Of a stretch of 64,000 nt of DNA, positions 38,460 to 52,200 are shown one piece after another. The stretch lies in NCBI GenBank assembly GCA_973895155.1, contig OZ316892.1, forward strand, positions 10,210,283-10,274,282, written 5' to 3'. Origin of the DNA: Marsupella aquatica (taxonomy: Eukaryota > Plantae > Marchantiophyta). The position numbers were made by a program, and so were the translations under genes. The notes below the pieces were generated by a model. The model worked only from the letters and a program-made list of their open reading frames with translations. It ran no database searches and was not told the origin of the DNA. The stretch's first letter is position 1; each line of letters starts with the position of its first letter.

Positions 38460-41379
38460 TTTTAATGTATGAAATGATGAAAGGAACAAAAGGCGCCAAA
38501 CCTGTAGACAGGATACCATGGAGACAGGATACCGAATGGGCGAAGACAAGGAAAACCCAGCCAGGTCCACAGTGCAAAAAAGCCCGTTCGTTTCAAGAAG
38601 GGTGGAAGAACTAAAACCCTACTCAGCAACAACCTAAGACCCTGCATACTGAAAGCTCAGGAGAATCGCATAAGACGGTTGGACTTGAGGGACAATACCA
38701 CTAGTCCAATTCGCCCTCTATTTCCCGTACGACTTGCAGCATGCCGCCAGCGTGCATCCATATCCAGTGCACAGCCATCACTCTGCCGCCCATCACCTCT
38801 TTGTCCCAAATGACGAAGTCGTCGTTTTGCAGTTTCTCACCAGAGCTTCCCCGGCGTATGCGTATCTCCGGATCTAGAAGTTTCCTGTAATCCTGTCAAT
38901 GTTGTAGTGGAGATTAGCTCGACGGAGTATATCTGGAGCATAGTCTGGTGCAGTCTGTGTAGGTGTCCTGAATGAGCAGATATTATCTGCAGCTATGGGC
39001 CGCCTCGAACAAGAGCTTTCTCGAATTCCGCTTGGACTTGCTGATTTCCTCGGAAGGAAAAGCTGTCCGATTAAAAAAACTCACCAAAGGCAAAAAGAGA
39101 GCATGGGATTCACCGTTCCACATTCTGAGGACCCCCATGGCCGACAAGGATGGAGAAGAGAATTGGAACCTGTGTGGCACTTTTATCTGAGGATTTTAGA
39201 GCCTGGGCCCCAGGCTTGCTTGCTTGCTGGGCCAGGCATAGGGCAACTCCATAGGCAATTGGTCCCATCATGAAAACGTACCGGGGATGGAGTAAGACCA
39301 GAGGATCTAAGAGATGATGTTGTAGATCTAAGAGATGATGCTGGTTACAATTTTATTTGTTTCGGACGGACCACCCTTATGGGGTATTTTGGTAACCCAT
39401 AAGGATTGTGTCCTGGAAGTAATGAGTTTTATGTCCTGAGCCCTAGCTCAAGTACAATTGTGCTTTGACACCCTCTAAATAAATTGTTCCCTTTCTTGGG
39501 CCCCCATGATAGCTCCATGGTATGTCTTTTCAAAAGGAATTTAAGTTGCACAATAGGTGGGGAAACCCCTAGCTTGTTCAATGTTTTCAATATGCAACTA
39601 CTGTAGCTAGGAACACCCTACTGTTCTATATTTTTGGTATGTAACTAACTCAGTGCCCCAATGCCCATGCAATCCATAACTGTAGTCGTGGTCATGTGTC
39701 GGGCCAGGGTGGTCATATGTTGTTATTGTGGCCTGTTGTCTTTGCAAAAGTGTTGTTGTTGCCATCAATCATGATAATTATATACGTAGAGTAAGCTTGT
39801 TGTTAGACAAAAATGTCCTTGTCTTCTTCCCTTTGACATAACTAGTGATGTCGAGGTTGCTATATGGTGAATCCACCTTTCAGATTTTGTCTCATTCATA
39901 TTTTGTGTCAAGTATTTTGATTTTAATGTGCCTTAACAAGATAAATCATTTGTAATAATTTGATTTTGAATTAATTTTAGGACCCCTCTTAATTTTAGTG
40001 AACTTAGAGTATTTTGAATGTATTTGGCTCCCCTCATCAAGGTTTAATCTTTCCTTTTCAATCACTCCTTAGTGAATTCTCTTTCTTCTCATGAGAGTGT
40101 ATGAAATGAATTTGATCAATGTGAACATCTGGTGTATTAAGTTCCCCTCATGGTTTATTTTGCAAAATTTATGGTTTAATTGAGTTGAATGTCATTACCT
40201 AGAAGCAAGTGAAAATCTGTACTGTATGTGCACAACTCAACTCTTTAGTATCTTTGTACTTTCTTGGTCATAATGTGATTTTATGGGCATATATATATAT
40301 ATATATATTTTACATGTCCCTACTTAAATGAATTACATATCACTAGAAGACAAAAAAAGAGACATGTTCCACGATGAACATGCTATATGCTATATGATGT
40401 CAAACACTAAATGATGTGGAGGAAACATACAAACACAAAAAACAACCCTCAATAAATGTAAGGTACAGTTATAATAAATTAATTATCACCATCTGACCAC
40501 ATCTGCCTATCTCAAAGATCTGAGGGGGCTTGCACCTTGCCTCCCGACAGTTGTGTATCATCCTCGTTGCCAAAATGCTTCATCCTAAGCATCTATCCAT
40601 AGATCTACCAGCTACATAGCATTTCAAGTAATAAACACCTTGAAACTTAAGAAAATAAGGTAGATTTAAAAACCCTAAATTGATGGAATCTTTTAGGAAT
40701 ATTCTCACTTTTTGAATGAAAAACCCTTATAGTTCTTGTATTTCTCAAAAGACTAAAACGTACTCCCTTATATTCTTCAACAAATTTGTTTAGGTCTCCC
40801 GCACAATTGAATTTAAAAACCCTTAACTTCTTCGCGCGCGATGGGTTGAAAGAAAGGAATTGAGGACCTCGGGCTAAAGGGCCTAAGTATGTAACATAAC
40901 CCACAGGTTTACATATACTAGAGTACTACCCCGAGTAAGCCATATAGTACTCATTTCACGTACAGTACCATGGTGTATACTAAAAAACATATCTTAATTA
41001 CGGACCCCCACTAGGGGTCTCTTGCAAATTCTCTGCCATGAGGTTGCGCCACATCACCACAACTAGCCACAAACAGGAATGATCATACTTTTAACAATAA
41101 CAAACATGCACATTCCTGTTTGTGGCAAAAGCAAAGTAATTTTTGGGACGCCATGCCGTAAATATTAAACGTAAAAAAAAACCAAAATACAAATGAAGAG
41201 ATGTCATTTAGTAAAACAAAGTTACCATTTTGATGTTTGTCAAAGATATATCAGTGTGTTATATCAAAATGCTCATATTTTTTAGTTTTTGCAAATTTGA
41301 AAAAAACAATCGATAGAAATGTACATAGTTAAGACCCCTTTGGCTTCACATTGTAAAACTAAATAATAAATCTCCTTTG

Positions 41380-41860
41380 TACTTGATAAAATCGATCTGC
41401 CAATGTTTGATTCATTGGAAAATTCAAGATCACTATTTAGAAACTTGTGATCTCTTTAGTAATGTTTGACTTGATAAAATCTCTCAATGTCACACTCATT
41501 GGAAAGCTAGAGTAAAATTAAAAACTCATAATCTCCTTAGTACTTGACAAAATGTATCAATGTTAGGTTCATTGGAAAGCTAGAGAAATTTAGATACTCA
41601 TAATCTCTCTATTTCTTGACAAATAATCTCAATGTCACACATTAGAAAGCTAAAGAGATTGAAAACCTCCTGATCTCTTGAGTACCGTGACAAAATTTGA
41701 CATGAAATTTGTCAATGTCGGACTCAATGTTAGAAAGCTAGAAGAATTCATGAACTCATGATCAAAAGTTTTTATACTCACACTCATTGGAAAGGCAAAG
41801 AAATTCAAAAACTCATATGGAACTTGACAAAATTTGTCAATTTGAGGCTCATTGGAAACC
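41380..41860. repeat. Degenerate ~70 bp tandem repeat
   Basis: cattggaaagctagag...aaactcat.atctc...acttgacaaaat..tcaatgt recurs about 7 times. Confidence 0.65.
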
Positions 41861-42555
41861 CTTTCTCGATTAAGAGATATCACAATCTCGTCACCGTCAC
41901 AAGCTTAGCCGCTACAAATTGATTTCTTTGATTACGTTGCCATCGCTTAACCACAATGCTTGCTTCCCGGCTTGAATTGTTCGCAACTCTTAGATAGTCT
42001 TCAACTAAAGTTCACTCGAAACACAGGTTGACGCCAAATGCAGCCTCTATGTCAAAGAAGTTACAATTGTTGGTCTTCCCCTCACACCATAGCCCTCCTA
42101 AATAAAAATAACTATAAATCCTTTTTCTAAGTGATGGCTCGTTCGTTTTGTGTGTTCTTCCCACCGAATCGACAAGCGCTCTTTTGCCAACAGCTAGGTG
42201 TTGTGCTCCAATCTGTCTTGTGGCGGTAATGCTCAAATAATGTAACTCACAAACAATCAATCAAGAATGGTTGAAAGATGATTTCTCCAATGTGTAAACA
42301 AAACCTATAAGAAAACTCAATTCCTCCACATTCAACCTTCCGTTTGATAAATCTCTATCTTTTGAGCATTTGTTTTTGTACGAGCACACACTAACACCAT
42401 CGGGAGACTCAAAACCATTGGTTAACGCCTTGATGAAAATTGATTTCACTTAATCACATGCACATTCCTTGGATGAACATGGGGGTCCACGGATTAATTC
42501 TTGAGCATTTTTTAGTGTCAATGTCATCTCCCTAGTTCACTAGAGTGGATAATAC

Positions 42556-44560
42556 TGTGATGGGGCCAATGCCCCAAAGAATGATTTTAAGGGGTATTAG
42601 TGATGCGCAAATGTAAACAGGTAGATTTGTGTCATGTTTGTTTTTGCTTTTGTTCTCTTACAACCTCGCTGGAGATAGTTTACGCAAAATAGATGTGGGG
42701 AGCTGTTGCTGTCTTTTTTATGTCCTCTTGAGTTCAGTTATTGGCCAGGCCTCAGGGAAAGAAGATCGGCCGCTGGCCGGTGCAAGACAAGGCACATAGC
42801 CTAGTGCCGCCCTTTGGGGACTTGCCTAATTTTTGATTTGTATCCATTTGTAAGCGGCCTTAGTATTAAGATAATGATGGGCCGGGTCGAAATGTGTGAG
42901 TGGCCAAACACCACTTTGACCCTGGCCAGGAAGTGATAGAGAAAAGGAGCTTTAGAGTGGGCCGGACACAAAAGTACTAAAAAACTAATAAATTTAAAAG
43001 AGCCTTGGCCATTCCCGGCCAGGAGTATCCTTGTACCTGGGGGAAGACCCAAAAGAGCCCTGGCCATCGGAGGGCAAGCCCAAGGAGACCCCGACCAGGA
43101 TGACAATGAGGGTTCCAATGGCCAATCCGTAGATGAGGATCTTACTACAAGTAAGCAGTCTGATGAAGGTTAGTACGCGAGCCGTACGAACTTTGGCCAC
43201 ACAAAAGTTGAATTTTCAATCTTCTCAGAATCAAGAACTTATAGGCTTATTGGAAGGAGCTCGCCGAGCTGAATGCAACAAGGTAAGACACGCCCCAAAC
43301 GGAGTTAAAATGAGGGAGATACGAACTAGAGCATTTTTGTGAAAAGTTGGGGTCCGATATCGTACGGACGTCCGTACAGACTTCAGGAGAGTGAGCCTGG
43401 CCAACTCCCGGTAGGCGGCCTTGGCCAGGGTACCTCATATGATGTCGTGATAGGAGGCCGGGACCGTACGGACGACCTGGACGTGACGGTGGTCAAGGTA
43501 GAACCCAAGACTCGGTAAGCCATATCTCGGACGTCTGATGTCCGGTTTGGGAGCTGTTTTTAGGGTACGATCGGGATGGCAGTGGCTATCCAAAAAATTT
43601 CTCAGGACCAGATCTCAAGAAACTTGTAGTTTCGACAATTTTCATGGCCAAGGTAGTGGGAGGCGGTGGCCACCACGTAGTAGGAAGGCAGACCATGGCC
43701 TACATAGGACTTAGTCTAGTTTTTGTTTAGTTGATGTGGTGGCCGACGAAGGCACCGTTGGCCGCCCATAGGTAGCAATAGGGTTAGGAGTGCATGTGTA
43801 TAAAACTTTTAGGTTAGAGGCGCCGCCAGCAGATGGCGGCCAGCCAGGGCAGTGGCCGCCGCCACACCCCTAGGGCTTGTGTGTTCACATATTGTTGTTT
43901 TTGGTATTTAATCAACAGCCCCAAGTAGGAGCAAGGGGGGAACTCAGTCTAGTGTTGTTGGTGTGAGGATTAGCCTTCAATAAGAATAGGGAATTGATCC
44001 AAAGTATTGAGGTGGAGAGGTGCTCATTGTCCCGTGAGGCAGGAGTTGGGCAGACGGCAGGAGGCCAGGTTGCCCATGCAATGTGTTACCTTGGCCACTA
44101 AAAGATATAGATTTAGTTGGATTTTCCTGAATTCTTGTGTGGTGTTCTCTCTCTTTGTTGCACGATTGTGTTCTTCCCCTAGCATGAATGTTTAGAGAAA
44201 CTTAGTACATGGTTTGGTTGACCTTGTGAGTGAGAAAGTGGTGACAGCACTTTGCCAAAGGCCAGGAGGAGTAGGAACAAGATAGTCCACGGGACTTGAT
44301 CAAAAGCGGAGTACACGTATAGTTGGTAGACTTGATCAAAAAATACATTTCCGGGAGCGGAAACAAATCTACTCATCCTTAGTAGGAAATTAATCCATAT
44401 AGCGTCCCTCCATGTCCCCATCATACGATACAAACGATTCTTAGTGGAAACCAAGCAGTATTTGTTGTGTTAATCATTTGAAAAGCAGGTGACAAATACA
44501 TAGTTGAGAAAGTAGATCTCACCACATCTATCTCAGTGAGATTTCCATTGATATCTCACA
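42556..44560 (+). mobile_element. Possible LTR (solo, or 3' LTR remnant) of a retrotransposon
   Basis: ~2 kb block of distinct composition bounded by TGTGA...TCACA, preceded by purine-rich tagagtggataatac, with a TATA-like ggtatttaat at ~43903. No matching TSD found. Confidence 0.4.
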
Positions 44561-47500
44561 AAAAAATGCATCTAAAATGATTTAAAAACATAAGAAGTTA
44601 TCAACTCAGTAATCAATTATTTAATTTTTTTGGTTCTGTGGTGTGCTATGATATTAAGAAGTAAGTGGGAAAGCCTAGACAACATAGCTCTACTTTTCAC
44701 CTAGTATGCAAATGAACACTTGAATAAACACGACCATATATGGATCAAGGCACTTGTCATAGTTCTTTTGCTGCCCAACAGGCATTGCTGTCCCCTTCAG
44801 TGGGGGCCATGGGGTTGTTGTTCATTGGCAGTGGCTATTGCTTCGTGAATTTGCATACCCTGGTTGTTAGGCGCATGGACTTCCTGCCCTACCTTCCCGC
44901 TTCATTGTGGACCTTCAGTCTATCTTCTCATACAATGTCATGAGAGTGAAGAATGGAGTTCTCCCGTTTCAGGCCATGCTTTGACATGCTCAGTCCCATT
45001 TTCCCAAGGATGCGCGGAGCATGGTTCTTACTTGCAAGGGGGTTATTTTGGACAGCCTGGACCAAGTTCAGCAAGTTAGTAATTTCAAACCACGTGCATA
45101 GACAGTCACACCTCTTCTAGCATGCTTTCAGACTAACCTCTGGAGCCAGACATGGGCACTGGTCCCTTCTATATGATTGAGTTCTTTCATCTTTACCATA
45201 TATGTCTATGCTCCTCTGGCCTGGTCTTCACCAATTATGCTTGGGCCAACCTACATGTTTTTGCAGGGCAAGTTTAGATAGGGACTAGGGCATCCATATT
45301 CTTATGATTATGTGGTCATGGTAGTGAGAGGACTATGACATTTGGGACATGGTGGAGGCTATTTCCCAACACTCAAGTTATAATGTCACATTGAAGTAGT
45401 GACATGTCCCAGAACAAAGTTCTTGACTCAGAGGTCTCACTATATATATTGACGTTTTTAATGCCTCTGACCCCATAAAATGTAAGAAGTTTTTTTAATT
45501 TTTGAACCCCTACAAATTTAGAATATTCTTGTAATATTCCAAAATTATGATTAAAATGACCCTAAAGTTCTTATAACTCTCAAAATTGGATTTAAAATAC
45601 CATAATGTTCTTATCAGAAAAAATTTCATTGAAGTCTTCCCCTAAAACCAGTAAAACAACATTATCATAAATTGTCGCACTTGATGTGCCATTGTTTTGG
45701 AAGTGAAACTCTCGAGGTTCCTAATTAGCGTCATGTTGATCTGGTCTTCTCTCATGCTGGAGTGAGGGCCCTCAGGGATGTGGTTGTTGCTAACCCTACC
45801 AGCTAGTGGCTCCAATGGTTGTGACATTGGAATGCACTGGTAGGCGGGCTGGTAGGGTTAGTGGCAACCACATCTCGGAGTTGTTGGCAAACAGAGCATG
45901 GCTGCTCATATCCCAGCCACACTCCTGGGAGAGGGCTGCAACGCTCCTGGGAGAGGGCTACATGGCTTAACCATGCAAGACGAGCGTTTACCCATTTTCT
46001 ACCCATTTTTTGTGAAGGTCTTTGGGTTCAACATCAAACTTGGATTGTTCTATATATGATCTTGCATAGTTTACTATGTAGAACATAGCTCATATCCTCC
46101 AGTGCGTCATTGCAACCTCTTTTAGACAATGCGTGTCGATGTTCAAATGGCCCATGCATTCACTGTTCTTTGTGGGGGCGAGAAGTAAGTGTACACCTTA
46201 GAGCCGTGTTCCATCAGCCCTCAAACCAGGCTGATGGTAAAACCCTCAAGCTTCCACTAACTTCTTTTGGAGCCAATGAGAAGCACAAAAAAATTCAGGG
46301 TGACCCTCAAGTCGATGTACAGCCAGGGTGGAAGGCCATCCGGGCCTTCCACTCTTCTTTCATGGCCCTGAAGGTGACCGGGAACTGGTGTTGGCAGGTG
46401 ATAGCCACCGTGCCAACTTGTTATGTCCGGTCGCAACTAGGTCGCAACAACAATTCTCGATGGTGTGGATTGACAATGGCATTACTGAACAAGGGGCCCA
46501 GGCAGCATCCATTCAAGCTCAGAAATTCATTCTAGTGTGATTGTGACTCAGAAAGCTCGGACAGTTGTAGAGATCGGAGTTTGTGCCATGAATCAAAACA
46601 CACTGGGAGATGGCGACAAGGTGGTGGTAATGGAAAATCTGACTGCCACAAGTTTTGGTGAGGTGCATTCCCATTGTAATCAACATAGATTGTTAGCAGG
46701 AAGATGAGAAGCTTGCCGGTGGCAAAAGAACTCCAGAAAGAAGATGATAGGGAGCAGATCGAAATAGCTTCCCAACAGTTTGTAGCTTATTAATTAAAAT
46801 ATGGGTGGCCAAGAAGTTCCAGAACAAATGTTGCATTGGTCTAATCAAGTTTGCGGCGATCAAGGAAGCTCGACTGTGATAGCCAAAGCGAACTCCGAAG
46901 GGGACAGACTGATGGACACAAGAATGGCATAGATTGATGTACACGGAAGTAAATGCTGGCTAGCTTTGGAAATCTGGAGACTTGTGAGAAGTGGGATGTG
47001 TTGTTGTCGAAGAGGAGAAGTTCTGCTTCCAGAAGATCTCAATTGGAATCGAGCGATACGGCTGAATTTCAAGCCACTATGAACAAAAGCAGAGTATGAT
47101 CAATGTCTTGGCTAGGTAACCAAAGTTGTCGAGGCCAGCTACATGAAGATAAATTTTTATGAACGATCTTTTATGACTCCTTAAGTAAACAAATTAATTC
47201 TTTTGAATTGGTTGAGCAATACAGTATGAGCCCTGCTGAATGAGACGTTCTCTATGGCAAACTGCCGATCTCATGTGGCTTGATCAGTTGATCAAAGCTC
47301 TTCAATCTGCCTGCTTTGCATTCTGCATCCTGGCTGTTGGATTCCGTTGTCCAAATCGTCAAGACCAGATTATTCAACTTACAACAATTGTTGATCAGCA
47401 AAATTCTGCTGTCTGATTTGGACAGCGGAATTCCAATGCAATTGGACAGCTCTATGCATAACTAGAGAGATTACAAGTTCTCAAAATAAGGACAAGAACT

Positions 47501-49130
47501 CAGAGTCATGGGATCCGATTAATGCTGAGGACTTGAAGCGCATCCTCACAGTCCTATCGACAATCTGGGAGGCGAGATGTTGTCTCGATTGATTTCTTAA
47601 CAAACCCAAGGTGCATTGGGAACTCCAAAACATATTGAGTTGATGCAAATCAGCAAAAAGAATTGACACCTATTCCGGGCACAAAATTCAAATCAGACAA
47701 GTTAGAGGGAAACAAGCACCCGCGCAAGGCAACAAAGGTGAACGCACAATATTCAGCATTCAGGAGAGAATGTAGAAAAAGAATGGATCGACGGTCACTC
47801 AGACCGTCGTTCAAATTTGCCGGTACACCGTCTACGCTGCTGCCTGGGAAAGGTTCTGAAGGGGCCCATGGAAGAGAAGTGATCAAGCTCCTCACATGCC
47901 TACTTCAGGGCAGGGCCAGAATAGGGTGAGGGCCCTTTTGAGGGCTGATGGAACAATGCTCTTAGGCTTTTGCCTGGGTCCCTTGAATGTGCTCTGACTT
48001 GCGTTGCCTCTCCTTGATTGGATGCTTCTTGGTATTGGCAGTTTGATCGACACAAGTACAATGCAGAAAACAACTATGATTGTATCTTGTACACAATATG
48101 CTCTAAAGCCACAATCCTAAAGCCCAATATACAATTGCAGTGTATTGTTTTGCCATCCCTCCCTCACGCAATGCCTCCCATAAACTTGGGATTATACTCT
48201 TTCTTTTCTTTTGGATGTGGGAAATCTAGTTTCACTGAAAACAGTCCTTGGCCATTGCTGCTCTCTTTGCTTTCCAGATTTGAAAATGCTGCAGGGTGTC
48301 CAAATGACCAAGATTGATGCGCTCTTTGTTTTGGCAAGATTGCACTCCCCCAGTGCAATCCCACGCGGGATCCCACAATATCATTGTCCTCTGAGATGAT
48401 AGACTGAGGTCGGCTCACCCTGTACCTTTAACTGAACCCACACTACATAGAAGGAGACTAACTTAATAGCTATAACCAATGCAGAAGTGAGTTCACAATC
48501 ACAACCAATCATGGCAGTGAGCATAGAATTGTAGAACGAGAAACACTCGTACACTCAAAAGGCTTTTCCATTCCAAAGGGGCATCCACCGGAACAATAAA
48601 CAGGTTTATTGGTACCAGCCGAAAGTTTACTGTTACTAGGCAAATTTTACTATTACTAGTAAAAAAGATGATCTAAACCCATTTAAAGTCTCATTTTTCC
48701 AGATAATTAAAATCATGACATTTTTTTGTGAGCACCAAACACTGCCCGGGCGCTAGCAATATGATGATCCAAAATAAAAATTCCAAAAAAATTACCATCC
48801 ACTTTCCTGTTATAAGTAACTATTTTTTGTTATTGTTTCCTGTCGTTTGTAAATACCCCTTCCAAAGTACACATAACAACAACCATATTGATGCAAGGTC
48901 CTGTGCACACTCTGTCCCACTGCCAGGTTCCGCCTGCATTGTTAAGTGATCATTAGATAAATCCAGTTAGCAAATCAGAATGATATTCTAGAATCAGGCA
49001 TAGTCACAACAAAGGAGGTGGAGATAATAGTGATAATATTATCTCTACGTTAGATCTGAATATTCAGCTGTGCAGGCTTTGGTACTCAAAATCCATTAAC
49101 AAATACTAGACGAATCCTGTGCACAAGGTT

Positions 49131-49244
49131 GAGTACATATAAGTGCCTTTCGGGATGGCTGGGAAAATGAGTACATATAAGTGCCTTTCGGGATGGCTGG
49201 GAAAATGAGTACACATAAGTGCCTTTCGGGATGGCTGGGAAAAT
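49131..49244. repeat. 38-bp tandem repeat, 3 copies
   Basis: gagtacatataagtgcctttcgggatggctgggaaaat three times, with no spacers. Confidence 0.9.
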
Positions 49245-52200
49245 GTAGTACCCTACTCCTAGTCTACTGAATCAGCAGTTTTCTTTCTTTCTCCAACATC
49301 TTTTGGGCGAGACAGCGAGAGCAACTCGCGTCCCAAACTAATCTACGCTCCTACAGACTGTTATAAATTGTGAAGTGCTCTGCCTTTTGCTACTTCTTTG
49401 ATTTCAGAGTCTTCCATTGTGCGATGCTCTTTTGAGGATAGTGTAGTATGAACTTCAAACGAGATAAACGATTGTTCAATATCTTATTGTGTCATCCACC
49501 ACACTTTTGATGTTGAAACTTATTTTTTATTTCTCCTTCTTCACATTGCGTTTGATGAACGTTTGAATGCACTTTGAGTTGACCAATAGGGACTACAAGA
49601 TTTGAGTAATTGCCCAAATTCCACGCAAGATCGATCAAGGATGCTGATTATGTTTTCGTGCTCGATAATAAAGAACAGATAGAGATCTCAATTGGAGGGT
49701 CTCCGTCGCGTGCAATCTACTCTTATAACAAACGACCCCAAACGAAATCAATTGACACTGTCACAGCTCACACTCCTGAGTCAAAGGTCACACTCAATCC
49801 CTGGCCAGCTCGAGGCTTCGGGCCCACTGAGAGGCAAATTCAGTGAGCGAAAGCCATAGCCCATAGAGGTATTCACTAGACAACGTGTGAATTTTTAGGA
49901 AATATACAAAAATCTAAAACCGGGGGTTTTCCTGCCGGCAAGATAGTTGCATTTAGGTGAGATACATCCCAGACAAATCCTTGAAGGTGGCATGATAGTC
50001 GTAGCCAGCTGGAACGAGAACTCAATGACAGTACAGCGGTGTACACGAAAGACGATAGAAAAAGTCGCTCTCTACTATTGGGAATGATGCAACTACGAGC
50101 AATTTATGTAATTTAACTATAATAAATGTTGTTATGCAATGCAAAGGTCACTAGCCAAATCCTAATCCGAAGGCTGGCAGTAAAATTGACACCGATTTCG
50201 AAAAGCAAAATCCTGATCATAAGAGTGACAGTCTTTGGGTCTACGTTAGGATTAGGTTCTGTGAGTGTAGGTAGTGGGATATGTGGAAGTTTGCTGTTCG
50301 GAAACTACTGAGTTCCCTTGAGTGGAAGAAACATATTTGAGAACGTTATGAGCACGACAACTTAAGTCACTCTGTGGAACCGGTAGAAAATGACACAAAA
50401 TACGTGAGAAAGTGGACATTGTGGGGGTAGTTAGTTTGCGCTGAAACCCATGACAAGAATTTACTGTGTCTTGCTAGTAAACAGACTTACAAGCAGTACC
50501 AGTTGGAGTTCAAGAGACTTTCTATCTGCGGATTCATGCCTGAATTACGGTATGAGAATTAGATATATTCACTTTGTACAGGACTAGGGTTTAGGGTACT
50601 GTCTCTTGAAGAGTAGCGAGGTCAATTTCTTCGTAATCATCTGGGCCCAACACGGATTGTTTGTTTCAATTGGCACAGCCAGGAGTTGTCTGTTCGGTCA
50701 CAAAGTGCTTGATAATAGAGCACCCTTTCGGTTTCTATACTCCATAGCTCCTTCAGACCTTACTTGACACGATTCAACTCACCACAAGAGATAACAACTG
50801 ACACACGGGGATGTCAGTTTGGTAATGTAGTTCATCGATAGGATGCTTTAGCCAAATACCTCCGTACAAGTACGATAAGACCGAAGCTTTTCATTTTCTT
50901 TACAGAAACTTACCACATGTATCAATCCAAGTAGAGAATCCTTACAATTGGGAGTTCATGGGGATTGATGACTTTCACGAAGGGAGATCTAAGAGGCACC
51001 TCCAACCCACATATATAGCAGCGAACAAAATGCAACGATTCACGAGAAGTTACACTCCTTGACGTTTGCTTCGTACCTTTCGTCTGCGACTGAGGCGAGC
51101 AAGGATTAAACGATCTGAAGAAACCAGCTTACAAGATGATCGATCCTCTGCTTCAGGAAATACGATCAGCATTTCATTAAAATAACAATACATGCCTAGA
51201 TGCGTGATCTGGTGAGCTTCGCGTAAGAAAATTCGTACTTTTTGGCAATTTCTCAAGAGCTCAGGCAATCACGGATCGATTGACGCATGTACTGATCACA
51301 AAAACCCAACAGGAAAGAGTCTGTATGACATTTGGCACATCCAAACAATTTTTGTCATCCTTATCTGAAGAATCTCAAAGGTCAGAGATTTCAAAGTTGA
51401 GTTTTCACTTGGATTTAACAGCATTTCGATGTTCATACTATCTATGTGAAGGCTGCTGCGTTCGAGAAAATCTGCCAACGTTCCTCCAGACTTGGCTTAA
51501 TTCCCTCCATTCTCCAGTGCAGCTTACCAAACACTCGAGGGAAATGACACTCCACCATGGGGTCTATGCCTGACATAATAATACCTATCAGAGGGTCTCA
51601 TTGAGCTCTAGAGTCCTCTTTATTGCAAAAACTTTAGCTCCTCTTAAGTGACATACCATGGGGTCTCACTGAACTCTAAGGCCTCTTACATAACCTTAGC
51701 CCCACTCAACCCAAGGTGGCAAACAGGTTGTGAGGCTTGCATTATTGGGTGAGGTTTTCCTTCCACCTTCTCTTGCGTTTGTGTATAATTATGTTTCTGA
51801 TCACCACCCGTCCTGTAATAGAATATAGAGCCAGGTGCTTGTGGGGGGCCCTTTGCGACTAGCCATCATGGCCACCACCATTTGGGCAATGAATACAAAA
51901 TTACTCATTATGGGCAGGGGTAAGATCAAAGGCACCTAAAAGGGCAATAAGTGTCTCAATAGTTAAGATTCAAGATGGGCATGAAGCAATGGAGAAGATT
52001 CAATTGCGTTCAGCCAGTGCAAGAACTTGGAGCCAAGCTTGCACTCACAATCCATCTCACCATAAATTAGGGTGTCTCAAAGTTCCAAGGTTCACAGGTG
52101 TTGGCTTGAATGTGACTTGTGGGTTGTGGATATAGCATGTTCAATCATCCTAATACGTGCCTATTCTGATTTATCCAAAAAAATAAAAACAATCATCATA

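Noticed and set aside
44700-48480. Coding-like composition with short ORFs, possibly a decayed retroelement or gene
   Set aside because: I could not identify any conserved domain motif in any frame.
49131-49244. 38-bp repeats resembling a CRISPR array in unit length
   Set aside because: The copies are directly adjacent with no spacers, the context is eukaryotic, and there are no cas genes. It is a simple tandem repeat.
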